Origin: Actinomycetota bacterium
Lineage (GTDB): Bacteria > Actinomycetota > Thermoleophilia > Gaiellales > Gaiellaceae
Direction: 5' to 3'
Assembly: GCA_046734455.1 (NCBI GenBank)
Contig: JBKPRJ010000055.1
Span: forward strand, 14,151-78,150
Length of the DNA stretch: 64,000 bases
Under the pieces are notes generated by a model. That model saw nothing but the letters and a program-made list of their open reading frames with translations. It had not been told where the DNA came from and ran no database searches. The translations under genes were made by a program, and so were the position numbers. Positions 8,991 through 18,172 of this stretch are shown piece after piece. Every line of letters starts with the position of its first letter. Within the stretch, counting starts at the first letter, position 1.

Positions 8991-10162
8991 TCGGTCCTCG
9001 CACTCAGGGCCAGCTGCCCCATCTGGTTGGCGGCGCCGAGGTAGTTGCGGACGGGAATCGGGCCAGCCGCGGCCGCCTGAGCCCCGTCCAGGAGCCGATC
9101 GCCGCCGAGCACGCGCTCCGGCGTCCACGCGTCGACGAGCTCCTCGACGTTCCCGGTCGAGACGATCGAATCGGCCTCCCGTACCCAGTCGGTGAGGATC
9201 GGCTTCGTCGACTGAGGATCGGTCTCCTCGGCCAGGACGACAGTTGTGCGGATGCCGGCCTGCTCGCACGCGCGGCATGTGAGCATGACGTCGGTGTGCG
9301 AGTTGCCGCCCGCGTCCGTCGTGATGACGACGCCGTCCGCGCCGAGCTCGCCGGCGACAGCGGCCCCTCGCTCCGCCGCGTGCTGCTTGTCGGCCGCACT
9401 CTGTTCGTAGCCACGCATCAGGACGACGCCGGCGAAGCGCAGTGACTTCCCATGCTCGCGGTAGAGCGTGCGGATGAGCTCGTTCCGCTGGAAGAACCAG
9501 GTCGGGTTCCGCATCGCGGCCCAGTGGTACTCGCCGCAGGTGACCGCGCCGTCGAGCACCTCGGCGGGGCCGAAGGCGCGCGGCAAGCCGGCATCGCCCG
9601 CCGGCACGCCGTAGACGTACTGGATGTACAGCGGCCCCAGATCGGAGAGCTGGATGAGTGCCGCGACCGCCGGGAGGCCCGCATCGCCCGCGCCGAGCGC
9701 GAAGCGCTCCACCTCATCGTGCTCGGCGTCGAGCGTCCCGCGCGCGATCTCCTCGGCAACGGAGAGAGTGGTGCGGCGCGCCTCCGCATCGATCGCCACA
9801 TGCCCTCCCCCTCCAGGCGAGAAGGTGAGGATGACGGCGGTCATGTCGGAAAAGGGAGTCAGCGCGGCGCCGGGACCGCCGAGGTCGACGATCGACTCCT
9901 GCTCGTGGAGAGGCCTCTCCTCGCCCGGGAAGTCGAGGCACGAAAGGACGACGACGCCGTCGAGGCGGTTCGTCCGCCCCTCCCCGGCCCGCCCGTCGGT
10001 GGGGAACGCGGGGCGGCCGTCGGGCCGGATCCGCGGCTCCACGGCGTCGAGCACGTGCGTCACGCGCACGGGGGAGCCACGCGGCACGACCTCGACGTCC
10101 GCACCCTCGACGACAGGCTCCCGAAGGAGGTCGGGCGAGAACGATGCGAGCTCCCACGGCAT
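8987..10162 (-). CDS. Glycine/sarcosine/betaine reductase component B alpha/beta proprotein-like (GrdE/GrdG/GrdI-like)
   Basis: 391-aa ORF immediately upstream of, and translationally coupled to, the selenoprotein B gene. It has the size and layout of GrdE-type partners. Cys209 (AVTCGEYHW) is a possible self-processing site. Confidence 0.75.
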   Translation of the reverse strand: MPWELASFSPDLLREPVVEGADVEVVPRGSPVRVTHVLDAVEPRIRPDGRPAFPTDGRAGEGRTNRLDGVVVLSCLDFPGEERPLHEQESIVDLGGPGAALTPFSDMTAVILTFSPGGGGHVAIDAEARRTTLSVAEEIARGTLDAEHDEVERFALGAGDAGLPAVAALIQLSDLGPLYIQYVYGVPAGDAGLPRAFGPAEVLDGAVTCGEYHWAAMRNPTWFFQRNELIRTLYREHGKSLRFAGVVLMRGYEQSAADKQHAAERGAAVAGELGADGVVITTDAGGNSHTDVMLTCRACEQAGIRTTVVLAEETDPQSTKPILTDWVREADSIVSTGNVEELVDAWTPERVLGGDRLLDGAQAAAAGPIPVRNYLGAANQMGQLALSARTE

Positions 10163-10183
10163 CAGGCCCGAATTCTCTCGCAG

Positions 10184-12592
10184 TCAGGCACGGACGCGCT
10201 CGTTCTCCGGGTCGTAGAGGGCGTCCGCCGCGATCTCGGCGGGAACCATCTCGCCGAAGACCTCGACCTCGAGCTTCGTCCCCTCCGCGAGCTCCGACGG
10301 CACGTAGGCGAGTGCGACGTTGCGGCCCACGGTGAATCCGTAGCCGGCGCTGCGCACTCGACCGATCACCGAACCGTTCAGGTGGATCGCCTCGCCGCCG
10401 TAGACCGTCGCATACTCGGCGCCGCCGACGAGCAGCGTCCTCAGGCGCCGCGCGGGCTCTCTACCTTCGAGCGCCGCCCGCCCGGTGAACTCCTTGTCCC
10501 ATGAGACGCAGAAGCCGAGGCCGGCCTCGAGCGGGTCGTCCCCCGCCGTCAGGTCGGTGCCGAAGTAGCGGTAGCCCTTCTCGAGGCGCAGGGAGTCGAG
10601 GACGCGGTAGCCGCCCGGCGCGATCCCGAACAGCTCGCCGGCCGCCATCAGGCGGTCCCACACCTGCACGGCCGAGTCGCGCGCGAGGTAGAGCTCGAAG
10701 CCGAGCTCGCCCACGTAGGTGATCCGCTGTGCGAGCACCGCGATTCCGCCGACCGCGATGTCCTTTGCGCGGCGGAACGGCAGAGCCTCGGCGGCGACGT
10801 CGTCTTCCGTCACCGACTGGAGCACGGCCCTCGCCTCGGGCCCCCAGAGCCCGATGACAGCGAGCTCGTCGGTCTCGTCGCGGATCTCCACGACCCCGTC
10901 CTCCGGCCGCGCTTTGAGCCGCAGCCAGCCGAGGTCGGAGTCGACTGCGCCCGCGCCGGTGACGACACGGAAGCGTTCGTCGCCGAGCCGTGTCACGGTG
11001 AGATCGGAGACGATGCCGCCGCGGTCGTTCAGGAACTGGGTGTAGACCACGCTGCCGACCGGCCGGTCGATCCGGTTGTCCGCGACGCGCTCGAGAAGCG
11101 CCAGCGCCCCCGGTCCCGCGACCTCGATTTTCCCGAACGACGTCATGTCGATGATCCCGACGCGCTCGCGGAACGCGCGGTGCTCTGCGGCGAGCAGGTC
11201 GAGATAGGGCGGCGGGTTCCAGCCGAACTCGCGCTGGTCGGCGCCCGCGCGGCGCCAGGCCCGGCCGGGCCGGAAGTAGTCGGCCCGCTCCCAGCCGTTC
11301 TTCGTGCCGAAGACCGCGCCGAGCTCCTGCAGCCGCCCATGGAGCGGGCTCAGCCGCTGCGGCCTCCCCCATTCGTCGGTGTCGAGGGGATAGCGAAGGC
11401 GGTAGTAGTAGCGATAGACCTCGCGCGCGGCCGCGGTCGTGAAGCCCGGGTCGCGGTAGGGCCCGCCGAAACGCCAGGGCCTGTAGCCCTGGACGTCCAG
11501 CTCCGACTCGCCGGAGGTGATCAGCTCCGCGGCGGTCTTCCCCATCCCGCCGGCGCCGCCGAAGCCGTTGAGCGAGAGGCCCGCGGCCATCCAGAAGCCG
11601 GGTACGCCGGGCAGCGGGCCGAGCAGTGGGTTCCCGTCCGGCGTCATCGCGTCGGGATGGCAGACGAGCTTGAGCATCCCCGCGTCCTGCAGGAACGGGA
11701 AGCGGCGGATCGCGCCCTGCCAGAGAGGCCGGAAGCGCTCCTCGTTCGGAGGGAGCGAGGCGCTCCCGTGCTCCCACGGGACGCCGTCCTCCCAGCGCGA
11801 GGCGGGATCGCCCTCGTAGCCGCCGAAGAGCATTCCGCCAGCCTCCGAGCGCCCGTAGACGAGGTTGTCGGTGTCCCGGAAGCAGGGCATCGCACGCGGC
11901 AGCTCGTAGCCGTCGACGGAGGCGAGCGCGATGTGCTGGTGGTCGACCGGAATCGACGGCGTGAAGGCGCCCACCATCGCGGCGACCTGCGGCGCCCAGA
12001 TCCCACAGGCGTTCACCACGCACTCCGTCTCGATCCGTCCGTTCTCGGTATGGACGGCGCGCACCTCGCGGCGGGAGCCAAGCTCGATTCCCGTCACGCG
12101 CATGCCGGTTTGAAAGCGGACTCCGAGATCGCGTGCGGCCGAGGCGAGGGCGTGTGTCGCGGTGTGCGGGTCGACCGCGCCGTCGTCAGGAATCCAAACC
12201 GCGCCGTGGAGGGACTCCTCGGTCGCCGCAGGCATGAGGCGCACCGCGTCCTCCGGGCCGATGACCTCCACGTCGAAGCCGATGGCGCGCGCGCGGCTCG
12301 CGCCGCGCTGCAACTCCTTGAGGCTCTCCGGGCTCGACGCGATGCGCAGGCTCCCGACGGTCTCGAAGACGCCGAGCTCACGGTAGAGCTCCACGCTGTA
12401 GCGGCGGAAGCGCATCATCGTCGGCGAGGGGTTGAACTGCGTCACGAGCCCCGCCGCGTGGCAGGTCGACCCGCTCGTCAGCTCCCCTTTCTCGAGCAGG
12501 AGCACATCGGTCCAGCCCGCTTTGGCGAGGTGATAGGCGACGCTCGTCCCGGTGATCCCGCCGCCGATGACAACCACCCTCGCCCGCTCCAT
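10184..12592 (-). CDS. FAD-dependent dimethylglycine/sarcosine oxidase-dehydrogenase with a C-terminal GcvT-type folate-binding domain
   Basis: 802 aa. The N-terminal dinucleotide fold is VVVIGGGITGTSVAYHLAK. The segment SGSTCHAAGL is present. The C-terminal aminomethyltransferase-like half matches the ~800-aa dimethylglycine oxidase architecture. Confidence 0.9.
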   Translation of the reverse strand: MERARVVVIGGGITGTSVAYHLAKAGWTDVLLLEKGELTSGSTCHAAGLVTQFNPSPTMMRFRRYSVELYRELGVFETVGSLRIASSPESLKELQRGASRARAIGFDVEVIGPEDAVRLMPAATEESLHGAVWIPDDGAVDPHTATHALASAARDLGVRFQTGMRVTGIELGSRREVRAVHTENGRIETECVVNACGIWAPQVAAMVGAFTPSIPVDHQHIALASVDGYELPRAMPCFRDTDNLVYGRSEAGGMLFGGYEGDPASRWEDGVPWEHGSASLPPNEERFRPLWQGAIRRFPFLQDAGMLKLVCHPDAMTPDGNPLLGPLPGVPGFWMAAGLSLNGFGGAGGMGKTAAELITSGESELDVQGYRPWRFGGPYRDPGFTTAAAREVYRYYYRLRYPLDTDEWGRPQRLSPLHGRLQELGAVFGTKNGWERADYFRPGRAWRRAGADQREFGWNPPPYLDLLAAEHRAFRERVGIIDMTSFGKIEVAGPGALALLERVADNRIDRPVGSVVYTQFLNDRGGIVSDLTVTRLGDERFRVVTGAGAVDSDLGWLRLKARPEDGVVEIRDETDELAVIGLWGPEARAVLQSVTEDDVAAEALPFRRAKDIAVGGIAVLAQRITYVGELGFELYLARDSAVQVWDRLMAAGELFGIAPGGYRVLDSLRLEKGYRYFGTDLTAGDDPLEAGLGFCVSWDKEFTGRAALEGREPARRLRTLLVGGAEYATVYGGEAIHLNGSVIGRVRSAGYGFTVGRNVALAYVPSELAEGTKLEVEVFGEMVPAEIAADALYDPENERVRA

Positions 12593-12612
12593 GCGATAGA
12601 AACCTACGCCAC

Positions 12613-13527
12613 GTGGAAGGCGGCGGCACGCAGATCGACGAAGTCCTCGAGCTCGTTCCCGAGCTGCGAGACGCGCACGCCGTCTCCGAGCTCGCGGGCG
12701 GGCTGACGAACACGAACTACAAGGTCGAGGCCGAGGGCGGCGCCTACGTCGTCCGCGTCTCCGCGAAGGACGCGGGGCTCCTCGCCATTGACCGGGAGAA
12801 CGAGTACTTGAACACGGTCGCGGCCGCCGAGGCGGGCGTCGGGGCCGGCGTGGTCGCCTACATGCCCGACCGCGGCGTTCTCGTGCTCGAGTTCATCGAA
12901 GGGCAGACGCAGACGGCGGAGGATCTGCGCCGCGGCAACCGGCTCGACTGGGTCGCAGCCGCCTGCCGCAAGCTGCACGGCGCACGGCGCTTCCGCGACG
13001 ACTTCAACATGTTCCGGATTCAGCAGCGCTATCTGGGCCTCGTCCAGGAGCGCGGCTTCCGACTTCCCGACGGCTATCTCGACTACGAGCCGCAGGTGCG
13101 CCGGATCGAGAGGGCCATGGCCGTCAGGGACGAGGGCACGGTTCCCTGCAACAACGACCTCCTCGCCGAGAACTTCATCGACGTGGGCGACGGCTTCAGG
13201 CTCATCGACTACGAGTACTCCGGCAACAACGACGCGTGCTTCGAGCTCGGCAACGTCTGGAGCGAGTCGAACCTCGCGCTCGAGCAGCTCGACGAGATCG
13301 TCGCGCGCTACTACGGCCGGCAGCTCGCCAACAAGGTCGCCCGCGCGCGCCTCTGGGGGCTCATGTCGAAGTACGGGTGGACGCTCTGGGCGTCCATCCA
13401 GGACAGCGTGTCCGACATCGACTTCGACTTCTGGGGCTGGGGAATGGAGAAGTACGAGCGCGCCGTCGCCGAATTCGAGGGTCCCGACTTCGAGCGCCTG
13501 CTCGAGGACGTGGAGCGCGAGGATTGA
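12613..13527 (+). CDS. Choline/ethanolamine kinase-family phosphotransferase
   Basis: 304 aa. It carries a Brenner-type motif (PCNNDLLAENFI) and a choline-kinase-type motif (LIDYEYSGNND). It diverges 20 nt from the DMG-oxidase-type gene. Confidence 0.8.
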   Translation: MEGGGTQIDEVLELVPELRDAHAVSELAGGLTNTNYKVEAEGGAYVVRVSAKDAGLLAIDRENEYLNTVAAAEAGVGAGVVAYMPDRGVLVLEFIEGQTQTAEDLRRGNRLDWVAAACRKLHGARRFRDDFNMFRIQQRYLGLVQERGFRLPDGYLDYEPQVRRIERAMAVRDEGTVPCNNDLLAENFIDVGDGFRLIDYEYSGNNDACFELGNVWSESNLALEQLDEIVARYYGRQLANKVARARLWGLMSKYGWTLWASIQDSVSDIDFDFWGWGMEKYERAVAEFEGPDFERLLEDVERED

Positions 13528-13565
13528 CACGGCGCTTCCGCCGCAGCGGTGCGTAGACTCGGCGC

Positions 13566-14405
13566 GTGGCCGCGTTCCGCGCACAGGGCCTCGCGAAGCG
13601 GTACGGGAACGTGACCGCCCTCGGCGGGGTCGACCTCGAGGTCGCGGAGGGAGAGCTCGTGGGCCTGCTCGGGCCGAACGGAGCGGGGAAGTCCACGCTC
13701 GTGAAGATCGCGTGCGGGCTCGTGCGGGCGAGCGCGGGCACCGCGGACGTGGCCGGTGCACCGGCCGGCTCGCCGGCGGCGCGCGCGGCTCTCGGCTATC
13801 TCGCCGAGCTCTTCCGCTTTCCCGGCTGGTACAACGCCGACGAGCTCCTCGCCCTGCACCAGCGCCTTGCCGGCTCCGAGGGAGGCGAGGCCGAGCGGGC
13901 CGAGCTCCTCGACCTTGTCGGCCTGACCGAGGCGCGGTCGCGCAAGGTCGAGGACATGTCGAAGGGGATGCAGCAGCGGCTCGGCATCGCCCAGGCGCTC
14001 GTGGGCCGGCCGCGGCTCCTCTTCCTCGACGAGCCGACGAGCGCGCTCGACCCGGTCGGCCGGCGCACCGTCCGCCGCCTCCTCGAGGAGCTGCGGCGAC
14101 GTGGAGTCTCGGTGCTCCTCAACTCACATCTCCTGAGCGAGGTCGAGCTCGTCTGCGACCGCGTCGTCATCCTCTCCAAGGGCCTCGTCGTGGCCGCGGG
14201 CCGCACCGAGGAGCTGGCCAGGCCGCGCGGGGTCGAGATCGACACGGACGGCGGGACGCGGCTCTTCGACTCGGCGCGCCGTGAGGATGCACCGCGCATC
14301 GTCGCCGAGCTGGTCGCGGCCGGAGAGAAGGTCTACGGGGTCCGCGTCCTCGAGACGACTCTGGAGGAGATCTATCTCGAGGCGGTCGAGGGAGAGACGA
14401 GTTGA
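13566..14405 (+). CDS. ABC transporter ATP-binding protein
   Basis: Walker A (GPNGAGKST), ABC signature (MSKGMQQRL) and Walker B (LLFLDEPTSALD) are all present. Confidence 0.92.
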   Translation: MAAFRAQGLAKRYGNVTALGGVDLEVAEGELVGLLGPNGAGKSTLVKIACGLVRASAGTADVAGAPAGSPAARAALGYLAELFRFPGWYNADELLALHQRLAGSEGGEAERAELLDLVGLTEARSRKVEDMSKGMQQRLGIAQALVGRPRLLFLDEPTSALDPVGRRTVRRLLEELRRRGVSVLLNSHLLSEVELVCDRVVILSKGLVVAAGRTEELARPRGVEIDTDGGTRLFDSARREDAPRIVAELVAAGEKVYGVRVLETTLEEIYLEAVEGETS

Positions 14406-15277
14406 GAGGCGCGGTCATCGTCGCGGGCTACGCGGTTCAGGAAAGCGTCCGCCGCCGCGTCTTCCCGGTCGTCCTCGTCCTCACCCTCGCCTTCCTCGGG
14501 CTCTACAGCTTCGGGGTCTACAAGGCGTACCAGTCGATCGACCCGGGCTCCACGGAGTCCGTCGGCAACGGCGACGAGCTGGCGATCGTCGACACGCAGG
14601 TGCTCTTCAGCGCGACACTCTTCGGCCTCTCGATCTTCGCGGTGCTCTTCCTCGGAACGGTGCTCGCGATCTTCCTCACGCACGCGGTCGTCCGGGGAGA
14701 TGCAGAACGCGGCCTCCTGCAGCCGCTCGTCGTGAGGCCGGTCGGGCGCGCCGCGCTCCTCGCCGGGCGGTACGGCGCGGCGGCGCTCGTCTGCGCTGTC
14801 TACGTCGTTCTCGTCTACGCGATCTCGCTGCTCGTCATACACTGGGTGACCGGCTGGTGGCCCGACCAGATCGTCGTCCCCGCGCTCGAGCTCGCCGCGG
14901 CCGTCGCGGTCATCGTCGCCATCTCGCTCTTCGGCTCCATCTTCCTCTCGGCGATTGCGAACGGCATCGCAATCTTCATGGTCTTCGGCGCGGGCCTCGT
15001 CGCCGGCCTGCTCGGCCAGATCGGGGAGGCGCTGAACTCCGACAGCCTCAACACGATCGCCAACGTCTCCTCGTGGGCGCTCCCCTTCGAGGCGCTCTAC
15101 CAGGACGCGCTCAACGGGATCACCTCGGACACGGCCGGATTCACGAAGGTCGCGCTCTCCCTCGGGCCTTTCGGAGGCGCGCAGCCGGCGGGCGCCTGGC
15201 TCTGGCCCTACCTCGTGGGATACCTCGCCGCTCTCGGCGCCGTCGGGCTCTGGGCCTTCAACCGCAAAGACCTGTAG
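14402..15277 (+). CDS. ABC-2-type transporter permease
   Basis: 291-aa polytopic membrane protein. TTG start in a TTGA overlap with the ATPase stop. Confidence 0.8.
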   Translation: MRGAVIVAGYAVQESVRRRVFPVVLVLTLAFLGLYSFGVYKAYQSIDPGSTESVGNGDELAIVDTQVLFSATLFGLSIFAVLFLGTVLAIFLTHAVVRGDAERGLLQPLVVRPVGRAALLAGRYGAAALVCAVYVVLVYAISLLVIHWVTGWWPDQIVVPALELAAAVAVIVAISLFGSIFLSAIANGIAIFMVFGAGLVAGLLGQIGEALNSDSLNTIANVSSWALPFEALYQDALNGITSDTAGFTKVALSLGPFGGAQPAGAWLWPYLVGYLAALGAVGLWAFNRKDL

Positions 15278-15329
15278 CTCACCCTTCCGGGGGGCATGGA
15301 AAGGCGAAGTCCCGTCCTACAGTCAGAGC

Positions 15330-15623
15330 GTGTGGGAGCTGGCCCGAGCGCTGGAGGACGACAGCCGCGCCGCGGACCTGTTCGCCTGGCTCGCCACGGC
15401 CGGGGTCGCGACCTGGGCCGCGTCGTTCATCCTCGCCGACTCGCTGCTCCCGATCACGAGCATCGCCGCGCTCGGCGCCCTCGTCTTCGGCGTCGTCGGC
15501 TGGCGGGCCTCGAAGCACGGCGATCCGCGCGAGGCGACCAACTTCGTCGCCGTCGCGCTCGCAGTCGTCCTCGCCGTGCTCTGGCTCTTCCTGCTCGGCT
15601 CGCTGCTCCTGAGACTGTTCTAG
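15330..15623 (+). CDS. Small hypothetical membrane protein
   Basis: 97 aa with three hydrophobic helices and high GC3. Confidence 0.5.
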   Translation: MWELARALEDDSRAADLFAWLATAGVATWAASFILADSLLPITSIAALGALVFGVVGWRASKHGDPREATNFVAVALAVVLAVLWLFLLGSLLLRLF

Positions 15624-16597
15624 TCGCCGGTGGGAGCGGCGACGAGGACGCCGCCGAGGATCTCGTCGATCCGCTCGAGGACATCATCCGCGAGCTCGAC
15701 GCCGCTCGCCGCGACGTTGTCGTCCACCTGCTCGGGCCGCGACGCACCGACGATCGCGCTCGAGACTCCCGGCTCCCGGAGGACCCAGGCGAGCGCGAGC
15801 TGCGGCATCGTGATGTCGAGGTCGTCGGCAACGGAACGCAGGTTCTGCACGGCCTCGAGCACGTCGTCGCGCATGAAGCGGGTCATCATGTCCTGGTCGC
15901 CGGGCGTAGCCGCGCGCGTTCCCTCCGGCGGCTGCTCGCCGGGCTTGTACTTCCCCGCGAGGACGCCCTGTGCGAGCGGGGACCACACGACCTGGCCCAT
16001 CCCGAGGCGCTTCGAGACCGGGAGCACGTCCTCCTCGATCTTCCGCTGCAGCATCGAGTACTCGGGCTGGTTCGAGGCCAGCGGGTCGAGGTTGAGCTCG
16101 GCCTGGATGCGGCGCGCCTCCTCGATCCGCTGCGCCGACCACTCGGAGACGCCGACGTAGAGCACCTTGCCCTGCGTGACGAGGTCGTCGAGCGCCCGCA
16201 GCGTCTCCTCGAGCGGTGTGTCCGCATCCGCGCGGTGGCACTGGTAGAGGTCGACGTAGTCGACGCCGAGCCGCTTCAGGGAGGCGTGGCACTGCTCCAT
16301 GATGTGCTTGCGGGAGAGCCCCCGGTCGTTGGGCCCGTCGCCCATCGGGAAGTACACCTTGGTCGCGAGGAAGTAGTCGTCGCGCGGGATGCCCTTGAGC
16401 GCGCGCCCGGTGACCTCCTCGGCCGCGCCGCGCCGATAGACGTTCGCCGTGTCGAAGAAGTTGACGCCGAGCTCGAAGGCGCGGTGGATGCAGGCGATCG
16501 CGCGCTCGTCCTCCACCGACCCGCCGTAGGTGAGCCACGAGCCGAGGGAGATCTCCGACACCTTGACCCCGAAGTCGCCGAGCTTCCGGTAGCGCAT
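15620..16597 (-). CDS. Aldo/keto reductase
   Basis: 325 aa. The sequence MRYRKLGDFGVKVSEISLGSW...FFDTANVY is a typical AKR N-terminus and core. Confidence 0.93.
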   Translation of the reverse strand: MRYRKLGDFGVKVSEISLGSWLTYGGSVEDERAIACIHRAFELGVNFFDTANVYRRGAAEEVTGRALKGIPRDDYFLATKVYFPMGDGPNDRGLSRKHIMEQCHASLKRLGVDYVDLYQCHRADADTPLEETLRALDDLVTQGKVLYVGVSEWSAQRIEEARRIQAELNLDPLASNQPEYSMLQRKIEEDVLPVSKRLGMGQVVWSPLAQGVLAGKYKPGEQPPEGTRAATPGDQDMMTRFMRDDVLEAVQNLRSVADDLDITMPQLALAWVLREPGVSSAIVGASRPEQVDDNVAASGVELADDVLERIDEILGGVLVAAPTGD

Positions 16598-16639
16598 GCC
16601 CGGAGGTCTACCAGAAGCGCGGCGGCGCTAACCCTTCAG

Positions 16640-16713
16640 TCGGGACGGCCGGATTCGAACCGGCGGCCTCCTGCTCCCAAAGCAGGCGCGCTACCAGGCT
16701 GCGCCACGTCCCG
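16640..16713 (-). tRNA. tRNA-Pro (anticodon UGG)
   Basis: The 74-nt cloverleaf was folded by hand. Acceptor stem CGGGACG/CGTCCCG, D stem GCGC/GCGC, anticodon stem CCTGC/GCAGG with loop TTTGGGA, T arm GCCGG-TTCGAAT-CCGGC, discriminator A. No encoded CCA. Confidence 0.95.
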
Positions 16714-16760
16714 CGCCTTCCAAGTGTAGAGGGCCTGCCGCCCGGATAACCTCCGCCGCC

Positions 16761-17735
16761 GTGGTCGACGCCCCGCTCACCGTCCGCGAGCTCGACGAAG
16801 AGCCCGCCGTTCGTCGCCGTCCTGCGGTCGGCTACGCGCTCGTCGTCGCCGCGATCGCGCTCTGGTCGATCAACGCGACGGTGGCGAAGATCGTCGTCGA
16901 CTCCGGCGGCCTCTCCGCGCTCCGACTGGCCGAGGTGAGAGGTACCGGCGCCGCGATCCTCCTCCTCGCCGGCGTCGCGATCTTCGCGCCGCGCACCCTC
17001 CGCGTGACCCGGCGCGAGCTCGGCTACCTCGCGATCTTCGGGATCTGCGGTCTCGCCTTCGTCCACTTCTTCTACTTCACGGCGATCACGCACCTGGACA
17101 TCGGGATCGCGCTCGTCATCCAGTACCTCGCCCCCGTGCTCGTGGCCCTCTGGGCCCGCTTCTTCGTCCACGAGCCCGTGCGGCGGCGGCTCTGGTACGC
17201 GCTGGCCCTCGCGCTGGCCGGCCTGACGCTCGTCGCGGAGATTTGGAGCGGCGGCGGGACACTCGACGGCGTCGGCGTGGCGGCGGCCCTCGCGGGCGCC
17301 TTCGCCTACGCGCTCTACATCCTCATGGCCGAGCACAGCGTTCGCGGTGGGCGCGACGTGTTCTCGCTCCTCGCCTGGGGATTCTTCTTCACCGCGCTCT
17401 TCTGGGCGGTGGTGCAGCCCTGGTGGAGCTTCCCGGACGGCATCCTCACGAGCGACGCCTCTCTCCTCGGCCGGCTCGACGACTACGAGCTGCCGGTCTG
17501 GCTCCTGATCGCCTACATCGTCGTCCTGGGGACCGTCGTGCCGTTCATCTTCATGATCACGGCGCTCCGGCACATCCCCGCGACGCGCGCCACCGTCGTG
17601 GCGATGATCGAGCCCGTTCTCGCCGGTGTCGTCGCCTATGCGTGGCTGGGGGAGGAGATCTCCGCGGGGCAGCTGATCGGCGGGCTGCTCGTCCTCGCCG
17701 CGATCGTCCTCGCACAGACGGCGCGCGGACCCTAA
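16761..17735 (+). CDS. EamA/DMT-family transporter
   Basis: 324 aa with about 10 TM helices arranged as two EamA-like halves. Confidence 0.88.
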   Translation: MVDAPLTVRELDEEPAVRRRPAVGYALVVAAIALWSINATVAKIVVDSGGLSALRLAEVRGTGAAILLLAGVAIFAPRTLRVTRRELGYLAIFGICGLAFVHFFYFTAITHLDIGIALVIQYLAPVLVALWARFFVHEPVRRRLWYALALALAGLTLVAEIWSGGGTLDGVGVAAALAGAFAYALYILMAEHSVRGGRDVFSLLAWGFFFTALFWAVVQPWWSFPDGILTSDASLLGRLDDYELPVWLLIAYIVVLGTVVPFIFMITALRHIPATRATVVAMIEPVLAGVVAYAWLGEEISAGQLIGGLLVLAAIVLAQTARGP

Positions 17736-18172
17736 GTCGTCCCGAGCAGGTCGCGGAGCTCCGAGAGCTTCTCGGCGCGGAGCTCCTCCCGCTCGCCGCG
17801 CTTGACCGCGTCGACGACGCCCCCGACGAGATCGGCGAGCTCGACCGGGTTGAAGGGCTTCGTGATGTAGTCGAGCCCGCCGGCGCCGAGCCCCCGGGCG
17901 CGGTCGCGGACGTCCGCACGGGCGGTGAGGAAGATGATCGGGATGCGGCGCGTGACTTCGTCCTCGAGCAGCTCCTGCGCGACCGTCCAGCCGTCCATGC
18001 CCGGCATCATCACGTCGAGGAGAATCGCGTCGGGGCGCTCCGCCTTGGCCACCTCGATCCCGGCGCGGCCGTTGTCCGCCTCGAGCACCTTCGCTCCCTC
18101 CGCCTCGAGGTTGACGCGGCAGAGCAGCCGGATCGGCGCTTCGTCGTCGATCACGAGCACCGTCAGGGCCAT
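17732..18172 (-). CDS. Single-domain response regulator (receiver only)
   Basis: 146 aa. VLVIDDE...ILLDVMMPGMDG...ITKPF. The start overlaps the kinase stop by 1 nt (TGATG). Confidence 0.9.
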   Translation of the reverse strand: MALTVLVIDDEAPIRLLCRVNLEAEGAKVLEADNGRAGIEVAKAERPDAILLDVMMPGMDGWTVAQELLEDEVTRRIPIIFLTARADVRDRARGLGAGGLDYITKPFNPVELADLVGGVVDAVKRGEREELRAEKLSELRDLLGTT

